Shown here piece after piece: positions 37,349 to 47,360 of a stretch of 64,000 nucleotides of DNA. The DNA lies in contig JBFMAZ010000022.1 in the NCBI GenBank assembly GCA_040755415.1, forward strand, positions 64,650 to 128,649, in the 5' to 3' direction. The translations under genes were made by a program, and so were the position numbers. This DNA is from Thermodesulfobacteriota bacterium (lineage in GTDB: Bacteria > Desulfobacterota > QYQD01). How positions within the stretch are numbered: the stretch's first letter is position 1; each line of letters starts with the position of its first letter. The notes below the pieces were generated by a model. That model did not search any database, was not told the origin of the DNA, and saw only the letters and a program-made list of their open reading frames with translations.

Positions 37349-38248
37349 TCAAGCCAGATTACAGCAAGCCGCCACTAGCGCCCTGGTTACTCTGGACATA
37401 AAGGTGAAGTCCAGGGTCTCCAGTCTGTCATACGGCGTGTGATAGTTAGGATTGCGGAACATGGCCGTATCCGTGAGCATCAAGGCCGGATACCCCTGGT
37501 CCCAGAAGGGGGCGTGGTCACTCAATCGCATCTCCGGCATTAAATAACCGGAAAAAGGTACTTTATAACCTACCACCGGAAGCTCCGGGACATATCTTAT
37601 TGCAGACCCACAGAGGCTCTCTAAAAGACCTTTTGATCTCCGGTTGGCGATAACCGCCAGGAAATTTCCCGTATCCGGCACATTGATTCTCACCAAGGCT
37701 GGAATGGATTGGCTCCGGGGCTTTTCGCTCGTGTAGCCGACAGACTCTAAGATGAGTGCGCCCTTATATTTCACTCCTTTTTTTCTGGCCTCCTGGGCAA
37801 AATGACGGCTCCCGATGAGAAAGGTGAGGGTCATTACCGGGAGTTGGGGTTCTTCCAGGGTAAAAGCTACGAACTGCATGGTATTATCAGGATTACATTG
37901 AGACAGAATACGCGCCGCCTCAAGGAGCACGGCCACCCCGCTGGCATTATCATCGGCGCCCGGGCTGCCCAAAGCGGCGTCATAGTGAGCGCCGACCAGG
38001 AGTAAATCAGCATCCTTCTTTCCCTGAAGCGTGCCGATAATGTTCCTGTAAGTCCGGCCGTGAAACGGCACTTCCTGGCTCTCTACCTGAAGTCCAAAAG
38101 ACGCAAAGACCTCCTCCACATAGCGCGCCCGCTCCTCCAGCGCCTCCGGCTCCTTCCAGGCATGGCGCAGACCGGTAATAGACGAGGTGTAGTACCTTAG
38201 ATTCCCGGTATCTACCTGGGCTATCAGATTCTCTACGTCATAAGGCAT
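37349..38248 (-). CDS. M28 family zinc peptidase (aminopeptidase-like)
   Basis: The metal-ligand region is LLVGAHYDAALGSPGADDNASGVAVLLEAARIL (HxD...D...NASG). Other M28 motifs are present, including EE and the His near the C-terminus. Confidence 0.8.
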   Translation of the reverse strand: MPYDVENLIAQVDTGNLRYYTSSITGLRHAWKEPEALEERARYVEEVFASFGLQVESQEVPFHGRTYRNIIGTLQGKKDADLLLVGAHYDAALGSPGADDNASGVAVLLEAARILSQCNPDNTMQFVAFTLEEPQLPVMTLTFLIGSRHFAQEARKKGVKYKGALILESVGYTSEKPRSQSIPALVRINVPDTGNFLAVIANRRSKGLLESLCGSAIRYVPELPVVGYKVPFSGYLMPEMRLSDHAPFWDQGYPALMLTDTAMFRNPNYHTPYDRLETLDFTFMSRVTRALVAACCNLA

Positions 38249-38334
38249 AAATGTAATATTAATCTAAAATACCTCCTTTGTACCAAATATTTTGGGTCTT
38301 CACGTAATCGAGTGGGTAATTTTTTACTCTTCTC

Positions 38335-38480
38335 TATTCCCCTCTTTGGAAAAGAGGGGTAAGGGGGAGATTTTATAAATCGTAACTGTTTCAGGCTGTT
38401 ATTATACGAACAGCATAGTTACTACCAGGAGTTTTCAAATCCCCCCTTGCCCCCCTTTACAAAAGGGGGGGTTCTTTACT
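38335..38480. repeat. G/C hairpin blocks of the composite repeat family (two blocks)
   Basis: The blocks are tcccctctttggaaaagaggggtaagggggagatttt and aaatccccccttgcccccctttacaaaagggggggtt. Confidence 0.7.
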
Positions 38481-38750
38481 GATAAGCTCTAAATAGGACT
38501 TCCCTCACATTCTTATGGAAGCCGTTGTTCCTGAGCGAAACTTGCTGGAGTCCGCCTGCGGCGGACCACAGACGGATCAGCAATAATCTAAAACAAACAC
38601 CATATTAAGCTGAAAGCGGATAGTTGACTGTCGAAGATTCGCCAGCGTTGTGGCGAGCTGACTGCTCCATAAGGGGACTTAACGGTTGAATTATCCACGC
38701 CTTTCTGATACTGTCCGCTTTGTATGTAATCTGTCAAGGGATTAAATCTT

Positions 38751-39335
38751 ATGTCAGACTGGTCAAAAGGGAGAGTAAGGCGTAACGAGCGGTTGAGACT
38801 CAACCTTCACGAGAGCGTGCTTATCTGGTTCACGGGCCTCCCGGGAGCGGGCAAGACGACCCTAGCCTATGCACTGGATAGGTACTTATATAACAAGGGC
38901 TTTCACACCTATGCCCTGGATGACGACAATGTCGGCTACGGACTGTGCGGCAATCTCGGACTCAGCCCGGAGGACCACAAGGAAAGCGCCCGGAGGGTGG
39001 CCGAGGTAGGCCGGCTCTTTGTGGATGCCGGGATCATAACCATCGCCGCCTTCACCGCTCCCTATCGCGAAGACCGGAAGTCTGCCCGCAAACTATTCCG
39101 GCCCGGTGAATTTGTCGAGATCTATGTAAAATGCCCTGTGGCGGAATGCGAAAAAAGGGACGGCAAGGGATATTATGAAAAGGCCCGCTCCGGTCGCATC
39201 AAAGGATTTGCTGGCGTGGATTCTATTTACGAGGAACCGGAGAATCCTGAACTGATCCTGGAAACAGATAAGTACGATGTAAAGACCTGCTTAGAAAAGA
39301 TACTGACCTATCTGAGGAAAGAATTGATAATATAA
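38751..39335 (+). CDS. cysC: Adenylyl-sulfate (APS) kinase
   Basis: 194 aa. The P-loop is GLPGAGKTT. The sequence LDDDNVGYGLCGNLGLSPEDHKESARRVAEVGRLFVDAGIITIAAFTAPYREDR aligns closely with E. coli CysC ([54 protein letters not shown]). Confidence 0.93.
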   Translation: MSDWSKGRVRRNERLRLNLHESVLIWFTGLPGAGKTTLAYALDRYLYNKGFHTYALDDDNVGYGLCGNLGLSPEDHKESARRVAEVGRLFVDAGIITIAAFTAPYREDRKSARKLFRPGEFVEIYVKCPVAECEKRDGKGYYEKARSGRIKGFAGVDSIYEEPENPELILETDKYDVKTCLEKILTYLRKELII

Positions 39336-39510
39336 AACCTAAAAGGGCAATTCACCACAGAGAACACAGAGAACTACTTGAAATTATTATGTTTGAACCT
39401 ATTAAAATCTTTCTTTGTGCACTCTGTGGTTTTAAAATCGTTCAATTCAGGTAAAAAACATTTCCAAGCGGGAAAGATATTGATTACGGCAACTTTTTTG
39501 GCCGCCAGGG

Positions 39511-39768
39511 TTAAGGCTTTTTTAGAATATCATGGCTGCCGACTTTTCTCATGATATAGATGTCGCCTTCAATCTGAAAGGTAAAACGGTAAGAGTGGCT
39601 TACCCCGCCTTCCCAGATGTTCCTCGGATCTTGCATCTTTTTAATGTTTAGGGAAGGATGTTGTGAATCAGATAACAAAAACTCCAACTGTTTGTCGATT
39701 GCTTTCTGCACTGGCGGGGGCAGCTTACGGTAATCCCGGATAAAGTTTTTGGTAAAAACCAGCCTCAT
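39511..39768 (-). CDS. Type II toxin-antitoxin system RelE/ParE-family toxin
   Basis: 85 aa. The sequence MRLVFTKNFIRDYRKLPPPVQKAIDKQLEFLLSD...YRFTFQIEGDIYIMRKVGSHDIL matches the RelE/ParE fold pattern. It overlaps the antitoxin gene by 4 bp. Confidence 0.75.
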   Translation of the reverse strand: MRLVFTKNFIRDYRKLPPPVQKAIDKQLEFLLSDSQHPSLNIKKMQDPRNIWEGGVSHSYRFTFQIEGDIYIMRKVGSHDILKKP

Positions 39769-40049
39769 ATTTTAGTCTTCTTGAGGGCCCGGACGGCAGC
39801 TTTAATATTATCAAAAGGACCGACCACATCACCCTTGGCTATGTCTTTGTCCGCCTGTGCCTCCCCTTCCTGCCACTCTTTGGTGTAAAAATACTCCTGG
39901 TCGGGATGAACCAGCTTGACCGGCTTCATAATTATGTCGCCATCCTTATTCTCTACTTCCACATAATCCCCAACAGCAAGATTGAGCTTTCTGCGTAGAC
40001 CCTGTGGAATAGTAATCTGATAGTGTCTTTTGACCTTAACCAGCGGCAT
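39765..40049 (-). CDS. AbrB/MazE/SpoVT-family antitoxin (swapped-hairpin DNA-binding domain)
   Basis: 94 aa. The N-terminus KVKRHYQITIPQGLRRKLNLAVGDYVEVE is an SpoVT-AbrB domain. The gene sits upstream of the RelE-like gene and overlaps it. Confidence 0.75.
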   Translation of the reverse strand: MPLVKVKRHYQITIPQGLRRKLNLAVGDYVEVENKDGDIIMKPVKLVHPDQEYFYTKEWQEGEAQADKDIAKGDVVGPFDNIKAAVRALKKTKI

Positions 40050-40134
40050 AAAAATACCTCTTCCGTTCTTTACTATGACTTTATAAATTTATTAATTTTG
40101 TAATTTCATAATATCAGAGAGATAACTTTTGTCA

Positions 40135-40430
40135 AGCGCTGAAATTTTCTTTCTTTACTTTTTCCCCTGTTTTCATCAATAATGCGGAGAAAGAAACGAT
40201 ATTAAGGCGGGATTGTCGCAGCATGGAGGGGCGCTATAGAATTTATTTCCTTCTGTCAAACATTTTGCAACGTAAGAATCAACGTCCCCATCGGGGGGCC
40301 TCAACAGGCCCTTATGCAGGCGTACAGCGGATTATCCTGACTTTTTTAACAATGCCTTGAAAAATTATCTCAGCGTGATCCAGGGATGATCCAGGAGCGT
40401 GATCCGGGGACGTTGATTCTTACGTTGCAT
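40135..40430. repeat. Repeat element R, ending in a perfect 24-bp inverted repeat with a 116-nt spacer
   Basis: The body aataatgcggagaaagaaacgatattaaggcgggattgtcgcagcatggaggggcgctatagaatttatttccttctgtcaaacattttgcaacgtaagaatcaacgtcccc recurs split at 49977-50062 and 50738-50845. The inverted-repeat arms are tgcaacgtaagaatcaacgtcccc (40266-40289) and ggggacgttgattcttacgttgca (40406-40429). The spacer holds three copies of gcgtgatcc. Confidence 0.85.
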
Positions 40431-40457
40431 AACTCCATTCCCGCCTTCTATCCAATC

Positions 40458-40476
40458 AGCCATGTAGGGTGGGCTG
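40458..40476. repeat. 19-mer direct repeat agccatgtagggtgggctg, copy 1 of 3
   Basis: Exact copies lie at 40458, 49872 and 51960. Each sits at a boundary between gene blocks. Confidence 0.85.
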
Positions 40477-40533
40477 GTTTCCCAATAGACTCCCGGACTT
40501 CAAGGAGTGGCCAATTTCTGAACGGCGAATGAC

Positions 40534-41364
40534 TCAGTTTCCAACCGTTCCGTCCATCTTACGGTTATTACCTTCGGAACAGTTTCCGAACTTTGACCGG
40601 ATAGAACTGAGCGGAGTTATCTGGAGCACCCCATCGTCAGCCGCGACCTTGCAATTAACCCCATAAACGGCCCCTATCGTCTGCGAGGTTAATACAGCCT
40701 CTGGTTCTCCAAGGGCAAAGACGTCTCCATCTTTCAAGATGACCACCTTATCAGCGTATCTCGCGGCCAGATTAAGGTCATGCAAGGCGATAACTGTGGT
40801 AATCCGTCTCTGCACCGTTATTTCCCTTAGCAGGTCGAGAATCTCCAGTTCATGCCGAAGGTCCAGACCACTTAATGGTTCATCTAAAAGAAGAACCCTT
40901 GACTGTCGAACGAGAGCCTGCGCTATCGAAACCATTTGCTTCTGTCCACCACTCAGTTCATCGAGAAACCTTGAAGCTAACCTTTCTATCCCAAGCCCCT
41001 CTAACACCTCTAGAGCAGGGGCGAGGTCCTCCTTGCCGACTCTCCAGGACAAGGATTGGATTCTGCCCAAAAGGACGGCTTCAAACACGGTTAAAACAGC
41101 CCGGGACGATTTTTCTTGGGGGAGGTAACTGACCCACTGCGTTATCTCGTCTTTCTTGAACCCGCTTGTCTCTTTCCCATCTAGCCTAATGGCACCCCTA
41201 GGCTTTAGCATGCCAGCGACACACTTTAGCAGCGTTGACTTCCCCGATGCATTTGGGCCAATGATAACCGTGACCTCACCCGGTAATGCCTCAAGATGAA
41301 TATCGCGCAAGACCGGCCCCCCACCGTCATAGGCAAACAACAGCCTTTCAATTTGTAGCTTCAC
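40534..41364 (-). CDS. ABC transporter ATP-binding protein (iron-siderophore/cobalamin FecE/BtuD type)
   Basis: Walker A is GPNASGKSTLLK. The signature is LSGGQKQMVSIAQAL. Walker B is LLLDEPLSGLD. Its start overlaps the permease stop. Confidence 0.9.
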   Translation of the reverse strand: MKLQIERLLFAYDGGGPVLRDIHLEALPGEVTVIIGPNASGKSTLLKCVAGMLKPRGAIRLDGKETSGFKKDEITQWVSYLPQEKSSRAVLTVFEAVLLGRIQSLSWRVGKEDLAPALEVLEGLGIERLASRFLDELSGGQKQMVSIAQALVRQSRVLLLDEPLSGLDLRHELEILDLLREITVQRRITTVIALHDLNLAARYADKVVILKDGDVFALGEPEAVLTSQTIGAVYGVNCKVAADDGVLQITPLSSIRSKFGNCSEGNNRKMDGTVGN

Positions 41365-42404
41365 CAGTACCCGATCCTTCTTTTAAACATCAAAGAAACG
41401 AAAAAAGGTACGCCGATAAAGGAAGTGACGATTCCTATTGGTAAGATGGCGCCAGGAATGGCCAACTTACTCACCGCCGATGCCGCAGAAAGCAAAACGG
41501 CTCCCGCCAGAGCAGATGTCGGCAAGAAGAATCTCTGATCCTCGCCAACAAGCATTCGTGCTATATGGGGCCCGGCCAGCCCTATAAAACCTATGGTGCC
41601 AACAAAGCAGACGGCAGCCCCGGTAAGAATGGAGACCCAGATAAATACTTTGAGCCGGAGTCTTTCTACATTGATGCCCAGGCTCTTAGCCTTTTCATCT
41701 CCAAGCCTCAGAGCAGTGAGCTTCCAGGCATCTTTAGCCAGCACAGGCACGGTCACTATGAGAATCGTGGTGGAGATTGCCAATTTTAGCCAGGTAGTTC
41801 TGAAAAGATTCCCGAAAAGCCAGAAGACCACTGCCTGTAACTGCTGCTCCGAAGCGATATATTGCAACAAAGCTGTTGCGGACTGGAATAAAAAGAGTAT
41901 GGCAATTCCTGCCAGCACCATGGTCTCGGCGCTTAATTTCGCTTTCCTGGCGATAGCGTATATCAGGAGGCAGGTGAGCATAGCGAAGAAGAAGGCATTG
42001 ATTGGTACAATGAAGTGTTCTCCGTAAGGGATAATACCAACGCCAAGGACAAGAGCCAGGGCAGCGCCAAATCCAGCGGCCGCAGAGATACCGAGCGTAT
42101 AGGGGCTGGCCAGGGGATTGTCCAGTATCGTTTGCATCTCGGCACCGGCGATAGCAAGCGAAGCGCCGACCACTACCGCCATCAGGGCAATCGGCAGTCT
42201 GAGGTTCCAGACGATGACGGACGTGGCAGGCCAAACCGAATCCGGCGCCCAGATTGCCAAGAGGATTTCGGTAATTGACAGCCACGCCGGCCCTACCGCC
42301 ATATCTACGAAAAGCATCAGCACAACTGCGATCGCCAGCGAGACAACTATGGCATACTTGCGGCCGGTTATTTGCTGATATAGCTCTTCAGCCTGAGTAA
42401 CCAA
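41361..42404 (-). CDS. FecCD-family ABC permease (iron chelate/B12 uptake)
   Basis: 347 aa with about 9-10 transmembrane segments in the FecCD/BtuC pattern. It contains GASLAIAGAEMQTILDNPLASPYTLGISAAAGFGAAL. Confidence 0.88.
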   Translation of the reverse strand: MVTQAEELYQQITGRKYAIVVSLAIAVVLMLFVDMAVGPAWLSITEILLAIWAPDSVWPATSVIVWNLRLPIALMAVVVGASLAIAGAEMQTILDNPLASPYTLGISAAAGFGAALALVLGVGIIPYGEHFIVPINAFFFAMLTCLLIYAIARKAKLSAETMVLAGIAILFLFQSATALLQYIASEQQLQAVVFWLFGNLFRTTWLKLAISTTILIVTVPVLAKDAWKLTALRLGDEKAKSLGINVERLRLKVFIWVSILTGAAVCFVGTIGFIGLAGPHIARMLVGEDQRFFLPTSALAGAVLLSAASAVSKLAIPGAILPIGIVTSFIGVPFFVSLMFKRRIGYW

Positions 42405-42417
42405 TTTTCACCCGTTC

Positions 42418-43608
42418 CTAATCTTGGACGCCTATCATCCAGATACCGCTGTAACCCATAGGCTGAAACTTCTTATCAAATTCCCTGAGATCCGTCTCCG
42501 GATCTAAGTTCTTGAATTCATCGGGGTGTAACCACTTGGCAACAGTCTGTATTACGGCGAAGGTGTAAATATTGTTGTAGATAAGATAAGACGAATCGAA
42601 AATGCCATAGACTCTGCCATTTTTCACCGCATTGAGAGTGTTCCAGCCCGGCCTTTCTGTAACAGCCTTTAGGAAAAGCCGCATCGAACTTTCAGGGGTC
42701 TCATGGATGCCAGACTTCATGGAACTATGAGTCTCACACCAGGACCCGCCGAATGAAGATATTATTATGAAATCCGGGTTTATTTTTAGCAGATATTCAG
42801 GGGCTATCGCGCCCCGTTCTTTTATAATGTCTTCAGCGATGTTTATGCCCCCTGCCTTGGCCACTATGACGCCCCACCCAGCATAACCACAGGTCCAGCC
42901 ATATTGAGAAGACCTCTTCGAGATGCCTTCCAGGTAACCCTTGGGCTTGGGCTTTTTAATTTTTTGTAAGCGGCTAACTACCTCGTCAACCCGCTTTTGA
43001 TAAAAATCCGCAATTTCCTGCGCTCTCTTTTCTTTACCCAGTAAAGCGCCCAGCAATAATGTGCTTGGTATAGTGTTTTCAAATGGTTTTTTCCAGTAGT
43101 CTACGATAACTGTTGGAATTCCCGCCTGCTCCATTCTGGCTATGTCCTCTGCTATACCCTCATATTTATCTATCAGCATCCACAGAGGAAATATGACCAC
43201 GTCAGGCTTGAGCGAGATAACCTTTTCCACGCTAAAGGTACCCTTTGCATGGCTGCCCACATCCGGTATGGCCTCTACTATCCCAGGATTTTTTTGTTTG
43301 TACTCTTTGTAGATATTCTGATCACTCATAGGGGTTATCTTTCCCCACCCTGCTATTTTTTCCAGAAAGCCCTCACCCGCTACGGCAGCAAATGTGGGGA
43401 GATGTCTGTCGAAGCATAGGACCACCTTCTTAACTGGCACGTTCACCGACACCTGTCGCCCGGCCATATCCGTGACCGTAATCCGATTCGGCGACGGCAT
43501 CTTATCTTCTGTATCACAGCCTCCCACCAGCATTGCTATCAAGGCCGTGACCAGAACGATTGAGACCAATTTTACTTTTCCAGTTCGCATAATTATTGAT
43601 TCTGACAA
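42418..43608 (-). CDS. ABC transporter periplasmic substrate-binding lipoprotein (FecB/BtuF-like class III binding protein)
   Basis: The lipoprotein signal is LVTALIAMLVGGC. It is co-oriented with the permease and ATPase, and its length of about 396 aa fits the class. Confidence 0.75.
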   Translation of the reverse strand: MSESIIMRTGKVKLVSIVLVTALIAMLVGGCDTEDKMPSPNRITVTDMAGRQVSVNVPVKKVVLCFDRHLPTFAAVAGEGFLEKIAGWGKITPMSDQNIYKEYKQKNPGIVEAIPDVGSHAKGTFSVEKVISLKPDVVIFPLWMLIDKYEGIAEDIARMEQAGIPTVIVDYWKKPFENTIPSTLLLGALLGKEKRAQEIADFYQKRVDEVVSRLQKIKKPKPKGYLEGISKRSSQYGWTCGYAGWGVIVAKAGGINIAEDIIKERGAIAPEYLLKINPDFIIISSFGGSWCETHSSMKSGIHETPESSMRLFLKAVTERPGWNTLNAVKNGRVYGIFDSSYLIYNNIYTFAVIQTVAKWLHPDEFKNLDPETDLREFDKKFQPMGYSGIWMIGVQD

Positions 43609-43861
43609 AAATAATGTCTTATTTGTTTTGTCATGCCTGCGAAGGCAGGCATCCAGAACCAGCGATTTTACTGGATTCCCGCTGGCCCCGTACTTGATAC
43701 GGGGTTACCCCGTGGGTTCCTGCTTTCGCAGGAATGACACACGGGGCGGGAATGACAGAAAAAACTCTAATGCGGACATTGTTTATGCAGCTTTCAATAG
43801 TCCCTAAGAAGGGGAAAAATGAGCATATGCCCCCCGAATTCCCTTCACCAATAAGGAACGG

Positions 43862-44911
43862 CTATAACTTCATCAATCCTCCTATTTCTTCTAAATGGGT
43901 CAAGACCCACCTGTGAGGCCAGGGGCAACCTTTGCATTGGTCAGTTGCTTTCTTGTTACGATTGATGAAGGCCCGATAGTCTTCAATAGATTTGAGCTCA
44001 AAGATGTGAGTCGACGAAGCCACTCCAGTGGTACAACTCTCGATCAGCCCATCGTTTAATACGGCCAAGTAATAAATGCCACCTTCGCAGCTATGGGGAG
44101 ATGAACCGCCCGTGTACATCTGATAAACGCCTGCGGGAGTGCACACGCCCATCTTTGGTTTTAACTGGGTGAAGAAACAATCTTCGTTACCGAGTAAATA
44201 TCCTTCTGATTTCATTGCCCACAATTTCTCGAACGTTCGCTCAACTTCAAATAAATCTTCTTCACCAAGCGCAAGCTCTTCTGTATAGCTGTGGTTCACC
44301 ACCCCCCTAACCATCAGCGAAAATCGGATCGGTATGCCAAGTTCAGAAAATCGACGAAGCATCTCCGGTAGTATGGTTAAGTTATATTTTGTAACCACAG
44401 CAGCTACACTGGTTTTAAATCTGAATTTCGAATTAACGATGTATTGCAGGATACGCTCTAACTCCGCTGTTAAACTCTTGCCGAATTTGGGATGTCTATC
44501 GTTATCCAAAGTATCAATAGAAAAGCCGAGGCTATCCAATCCCGCCTCATCCAAGGCGTGCAGAAATTTTTCATTAAGACATCGCCCATTCGTCAAAATC
44601 GAAACGATCGTATCACGCGCGGAAATGTAATCAACCACATCTAACACGTAGGGCGAGAGTAAAGGCTCACCGCCGACCAGACTAATCATTCGATTCCCCA
44701 GCACATAAGCAATATCCGCCACGCGTTTCCATTCTTCAAGCCCCATGTCATTGTTGGTAAGCGATTTTTTTTGAGCACAGTAAGTGCAGCTCAGGTTACA
44801 CGCCCCCGTAAGGAATAGACATGTTTGATAAGGATGTATATCCCCAGCGATTGCCCGCTCTAGGCTTGATAGATAGGCTTTTTGCTTTGCCATGCGATTG
44901 TGCTTGTACAT
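43862..44911 (-). CDS. Radical SAM protein with a SPASM/twitch-like C-terminal cysteine cluster
   Basis: The CxxxCxxC motif is GACNLSCTYCAQKK. The C-terminal Cys-rich region is CTPAG...CEGG...CTTG...CKGCPW. Confidence 0.8.
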   Translation of the reverse strand: MYKHNRMAKQKAYLSSLERAIAGDIHPYQTCLFLTGACNLSCTYCAQKKSLTNNDMGLEEWKRVADIAYVLGNRMISLVGGEPLLSPYVLDVVDYISARDTIVSILTNGRCLNEKFLHALDEAGLDSLGFSIDTLDNDRHPKFGKSLTAELERILQYIVNSKFRFKTSVAAVVTKYNLTILPEMLRRFSELGIPIRFSLMVRGVVNHSYTEELALGEEDLFEVERTFEKLWAMKSEGYLLGNEDCFFTQLKPKMGVCTPAGVYQMYTGGSSPHSCEGGIYYLAVLNDGLIESCTTGVASSTHIFELKSIEDYRAFINRNKKATDQCKGCPWPHRWVLTHLEEIGGLMKL

Positions 44912-45019
44912 ATGAATATTGTCCCTTTTTGCAATGTTTTTTTAATTCTCTGGTTCATATGAGATTTTTGATTCGATTAATGGAGTCATGTGTTTCGCTT
45001 CCCACTTTTCTCTTTATAA

Positions 45020-47278
45020 TTAATAAGTTAAAGTTAACTCACAAAACCATGACCTGCCGGGCGCCTTGTCCGAATAGAAGTAATCCTCGTCAAAGATATT
45101 GTCCACAGAAAAGGAGAGTGTCGCAAATTTCGTAATATTGTAAGAGACTTTTGCATCTGCAACAAAATATGGGTCGTATGAACCATAGACACCATCTACT
45201 TCGTCACTGTTGTCATCATTTTTATAAATTTTACTAACGTATCTACCAACAATGCTGGCAGAAAAGGGGCCTTTGGATAGGTCAGCACCGATGTTGAACA
45301 TCTTTTCGGGAACCATTGTCAGGTTTTTTCCTACAATTTCCGGCTTTGCTGAATTTTCCGTTACCTCTGAATCGGTATAAGTGAAGTTTGCAAAAAGTCT
45401 GAGCCAATTTCCAATGCCCTGCTCAACTTCAAGTTCTATACCTTTACATTTAGCCTTACCTACATTTGAATATTGGTAAAGGGTAGGTGTAGTCAGTGCC
45501 ATATAGATGAGGTCCTTCATATAATTCTCAAAATATGTGGCCGTTATCTTCGCCCCTTTCCATAATGCCTGTTCAGCGCCTATATCCCATGACGTCATGG
45601 TCTCTGGCTCCAAATCGGGATTTCCTTCATTAGTGATTCCCGTCGGTCCAGTCCATTTCATATAAAGGTCAACAATTGTCGGGGCGTTGAAAGCCTTTCC
45701 TGCGGATGCCCTAATGGTTGTCTTTTCAAATGGTTTATATACAACGGCAGCCTTTGGGCTAAAGGATGATTTATCTCTCGATTCATAACTGATATCAGAG
45801 ACACCTAACTGAAAGATATACCCATCGTATGTTTCCCACCAATCCTGTCTGAAACCAATATATGCGGTCAGGTTATCAAGAATCATTATCTCGTCCTGGA
45901 CAAATAAGGAATATGCCCTGTCCTTACCACTTGATTTCTGGAAAAGGGTGGTCTTTGTGTCCTCATCTTGCCAGTCAGTACGTAAAGAGTTTTCGTTTGA
46001 TGCTCTATTACGTGTGAAGGAGCCTCCAAAAGTAAGGAGGTGTCTCTCAAATAGAGGGACTGTAAATACTAATTCAGAACTAAATAAGTTGTCTGATGGG
46101 TGCCACCATTCTGCTCCAGGTCCACCAGAACGTGTTGAGCTGCTGGTTGGAATTCCTGATCCGTAAGTCGCATTAACATAACTAAGGGAGAGTTTTGTTT
46201 TGACTGTAGATATCTCTGTTTCGTAGCTTATATTATACGCATCCTGTTCTCGACGAAAGTCATGCCAGGTGAGAAAGGAATTTTCACCTACAGTTCCATA
46301 TGACCAGACAGGATTACCTGCCGCATCTTCCAGGTAAGTATGGGGATCATCCCAGCGCTCCCCCCAACGGTTTTTATGATACACAAATTTGATTTTTGAA
46401 GTCTTAGAAAAGTCATATCCTGCCTTGAGGGTTATATTGTCATCCCAATATACATTGTCCCCTGCGTCGCCAATCAAATACCTGGTGTTACCCATCGTGT
46501 CTGTTGTGGAAGACCAGCCTGAAATTCCTGCTGTTGGCTGGGCGCTCTGGACATTATAGACTGTGGGAAAACCATTTGTATCCTTTCTCCCATAGCTCAG
46601 AAAAATACTCAGTTTATCCTTAAATTTATCGCCATAGGATAAATAGAATCTCCTTAAATCATCCGATGCCTCACCTCTCTCCCAGCTTGAACCATAGCCA
46701 CTTTTTATAATAAATTCCCTTTTTCCAGGCATCTTTGTTATAATGTTTACAACACCTCCCATTGCGTGATTACCGTAAAGACTTGAAAAGGGCCCCTTGG
46801 CAACCTCAATCCTATCTATTTCCTCTGGGGCTAATCCCGAAATTCCAGGTAAGTTTCCAACCATGGGGTCATTAAGGGTTATGTTATCCATTATAACCAA
46901 TGTCCTTCCTCGACCAAAGGGGACTCCCCTTAAAGTAATCTGGGGATTTCTATCTTGGACGCCTTTGGCGCGAATGAGAAACACTCCCGGAAGCGTGTTC
47001 AGTCCCTGATCAACAGTCTGGATATTTCTTTTTTCTATATCTTTATCTGTAACAACAGAGATACTGCCAGGAGCTGTCGCTGCCTCCTTTTCCGTCCTTG
47101 TTGCAGTTACAATGATATCTTCCAATACAACAAGTTTCTCCTTTTTAGCGGATTCTACCTGGTTATCCTTTGCCTCTGCAGTTTTTTCTTCCTTAGGCCC
47201 TTCTGTGTCTTGGGCAAGACTAATTTGAGTTAAACCAAAGAAGACCGTAAATACCGAAATAATAAATAATCTAACCAT
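45020..47278 (-). CDS. TonB-dependent outer-membrane receptor
   Basis: The plug and beta-barrel are present. The signal peptide MVRLFIISVFTVFFGLTQISLAQD is at the internal Met, so that start was chosen; the ORF itself is open to 47389. The TonB-box-like motif is LVVLEDIIVTATR. The C-terminal aromatic motif is ...CELTLTY. Confidence 0.85.
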   Translation of the reverse strand: MVRLFIISVFTVFFGLTQISLAQDTEGPKEEKTAEAKDNQVESAKKEKLVVLEDIIVTATRTEKEAATAPGSISVVTDKDIEKRNIQTVDQGLNTLPGVFLIRAKGVQDRNPQITLRGVPFGRGRTLVIMDNITLNDPMVGNLPGISGLAPEEIDRIEVAKGPFSSLYGNHAMGGVVNIITKMPGKREFIIKSGYGSSWERGEASDDLRRFYLSYGDKFKDKLSIFLSYGRKDTNGFPTVYNVQSAQPTAGISGWSSTTDTMGNTRYLIGDAGDNVYWDDNITLKAGYDFSKTSKIKFVYHKNRWGERWDDPHTYLEDAAGNPVWSYGTVGENSFLTWHDFRREQDAYNISYETEISTVKTKLSLSYVNATYGSGIPTSSSTRSGGPGAEWWHPSDNLFSSELVFTVPLFERHLLTFGGSFTRNRASNENSLRTDWQDEDTKTTLFQKSSGKDRAYSLFVQDEIMILDNLTAYIGFRQDWWETYDGYIFQLGVSDISYESRDKSSFSPKAAVVYKPFEKTTIRASAGKAFNAPTIVDLYMKWTGPTGITNEGNPDLEPETMTSWDIGAEQALWKGAKITATYFENYMKDLIYMALTTPTLYQYSNVGKAKCKGIELEVEQGIGNWLRLFANFTYTDSEVTENSAKPEIVGKNLTMVPEKMFNIGADLSKGPFSASIVGRYVSKIYKNDDNSDEVDGVYGSYDPYFVADAKVSYNITKFATLSFSVDNIFDEDYFYSDKAPGRSWFCELTLTY

Positions 47279-47360
47279 TCCCTTATCCACCTTAACCTCC
47301 CCTTCTGCAATTGATATCCGCTCGACCATGCGTTTTCCTTGTCCGTCAGCATAGGCTTTC

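Noticed and set aside
39336-39510. Intrinsic terminator after cysC (ccacagag ... ctctgtgg inverted repeat).
   Set aside because: The stems are separated by a loop of about 45 nt and no U-tract follows. This is too weak to call. It may instead be an operator for the adjacent TA pair.
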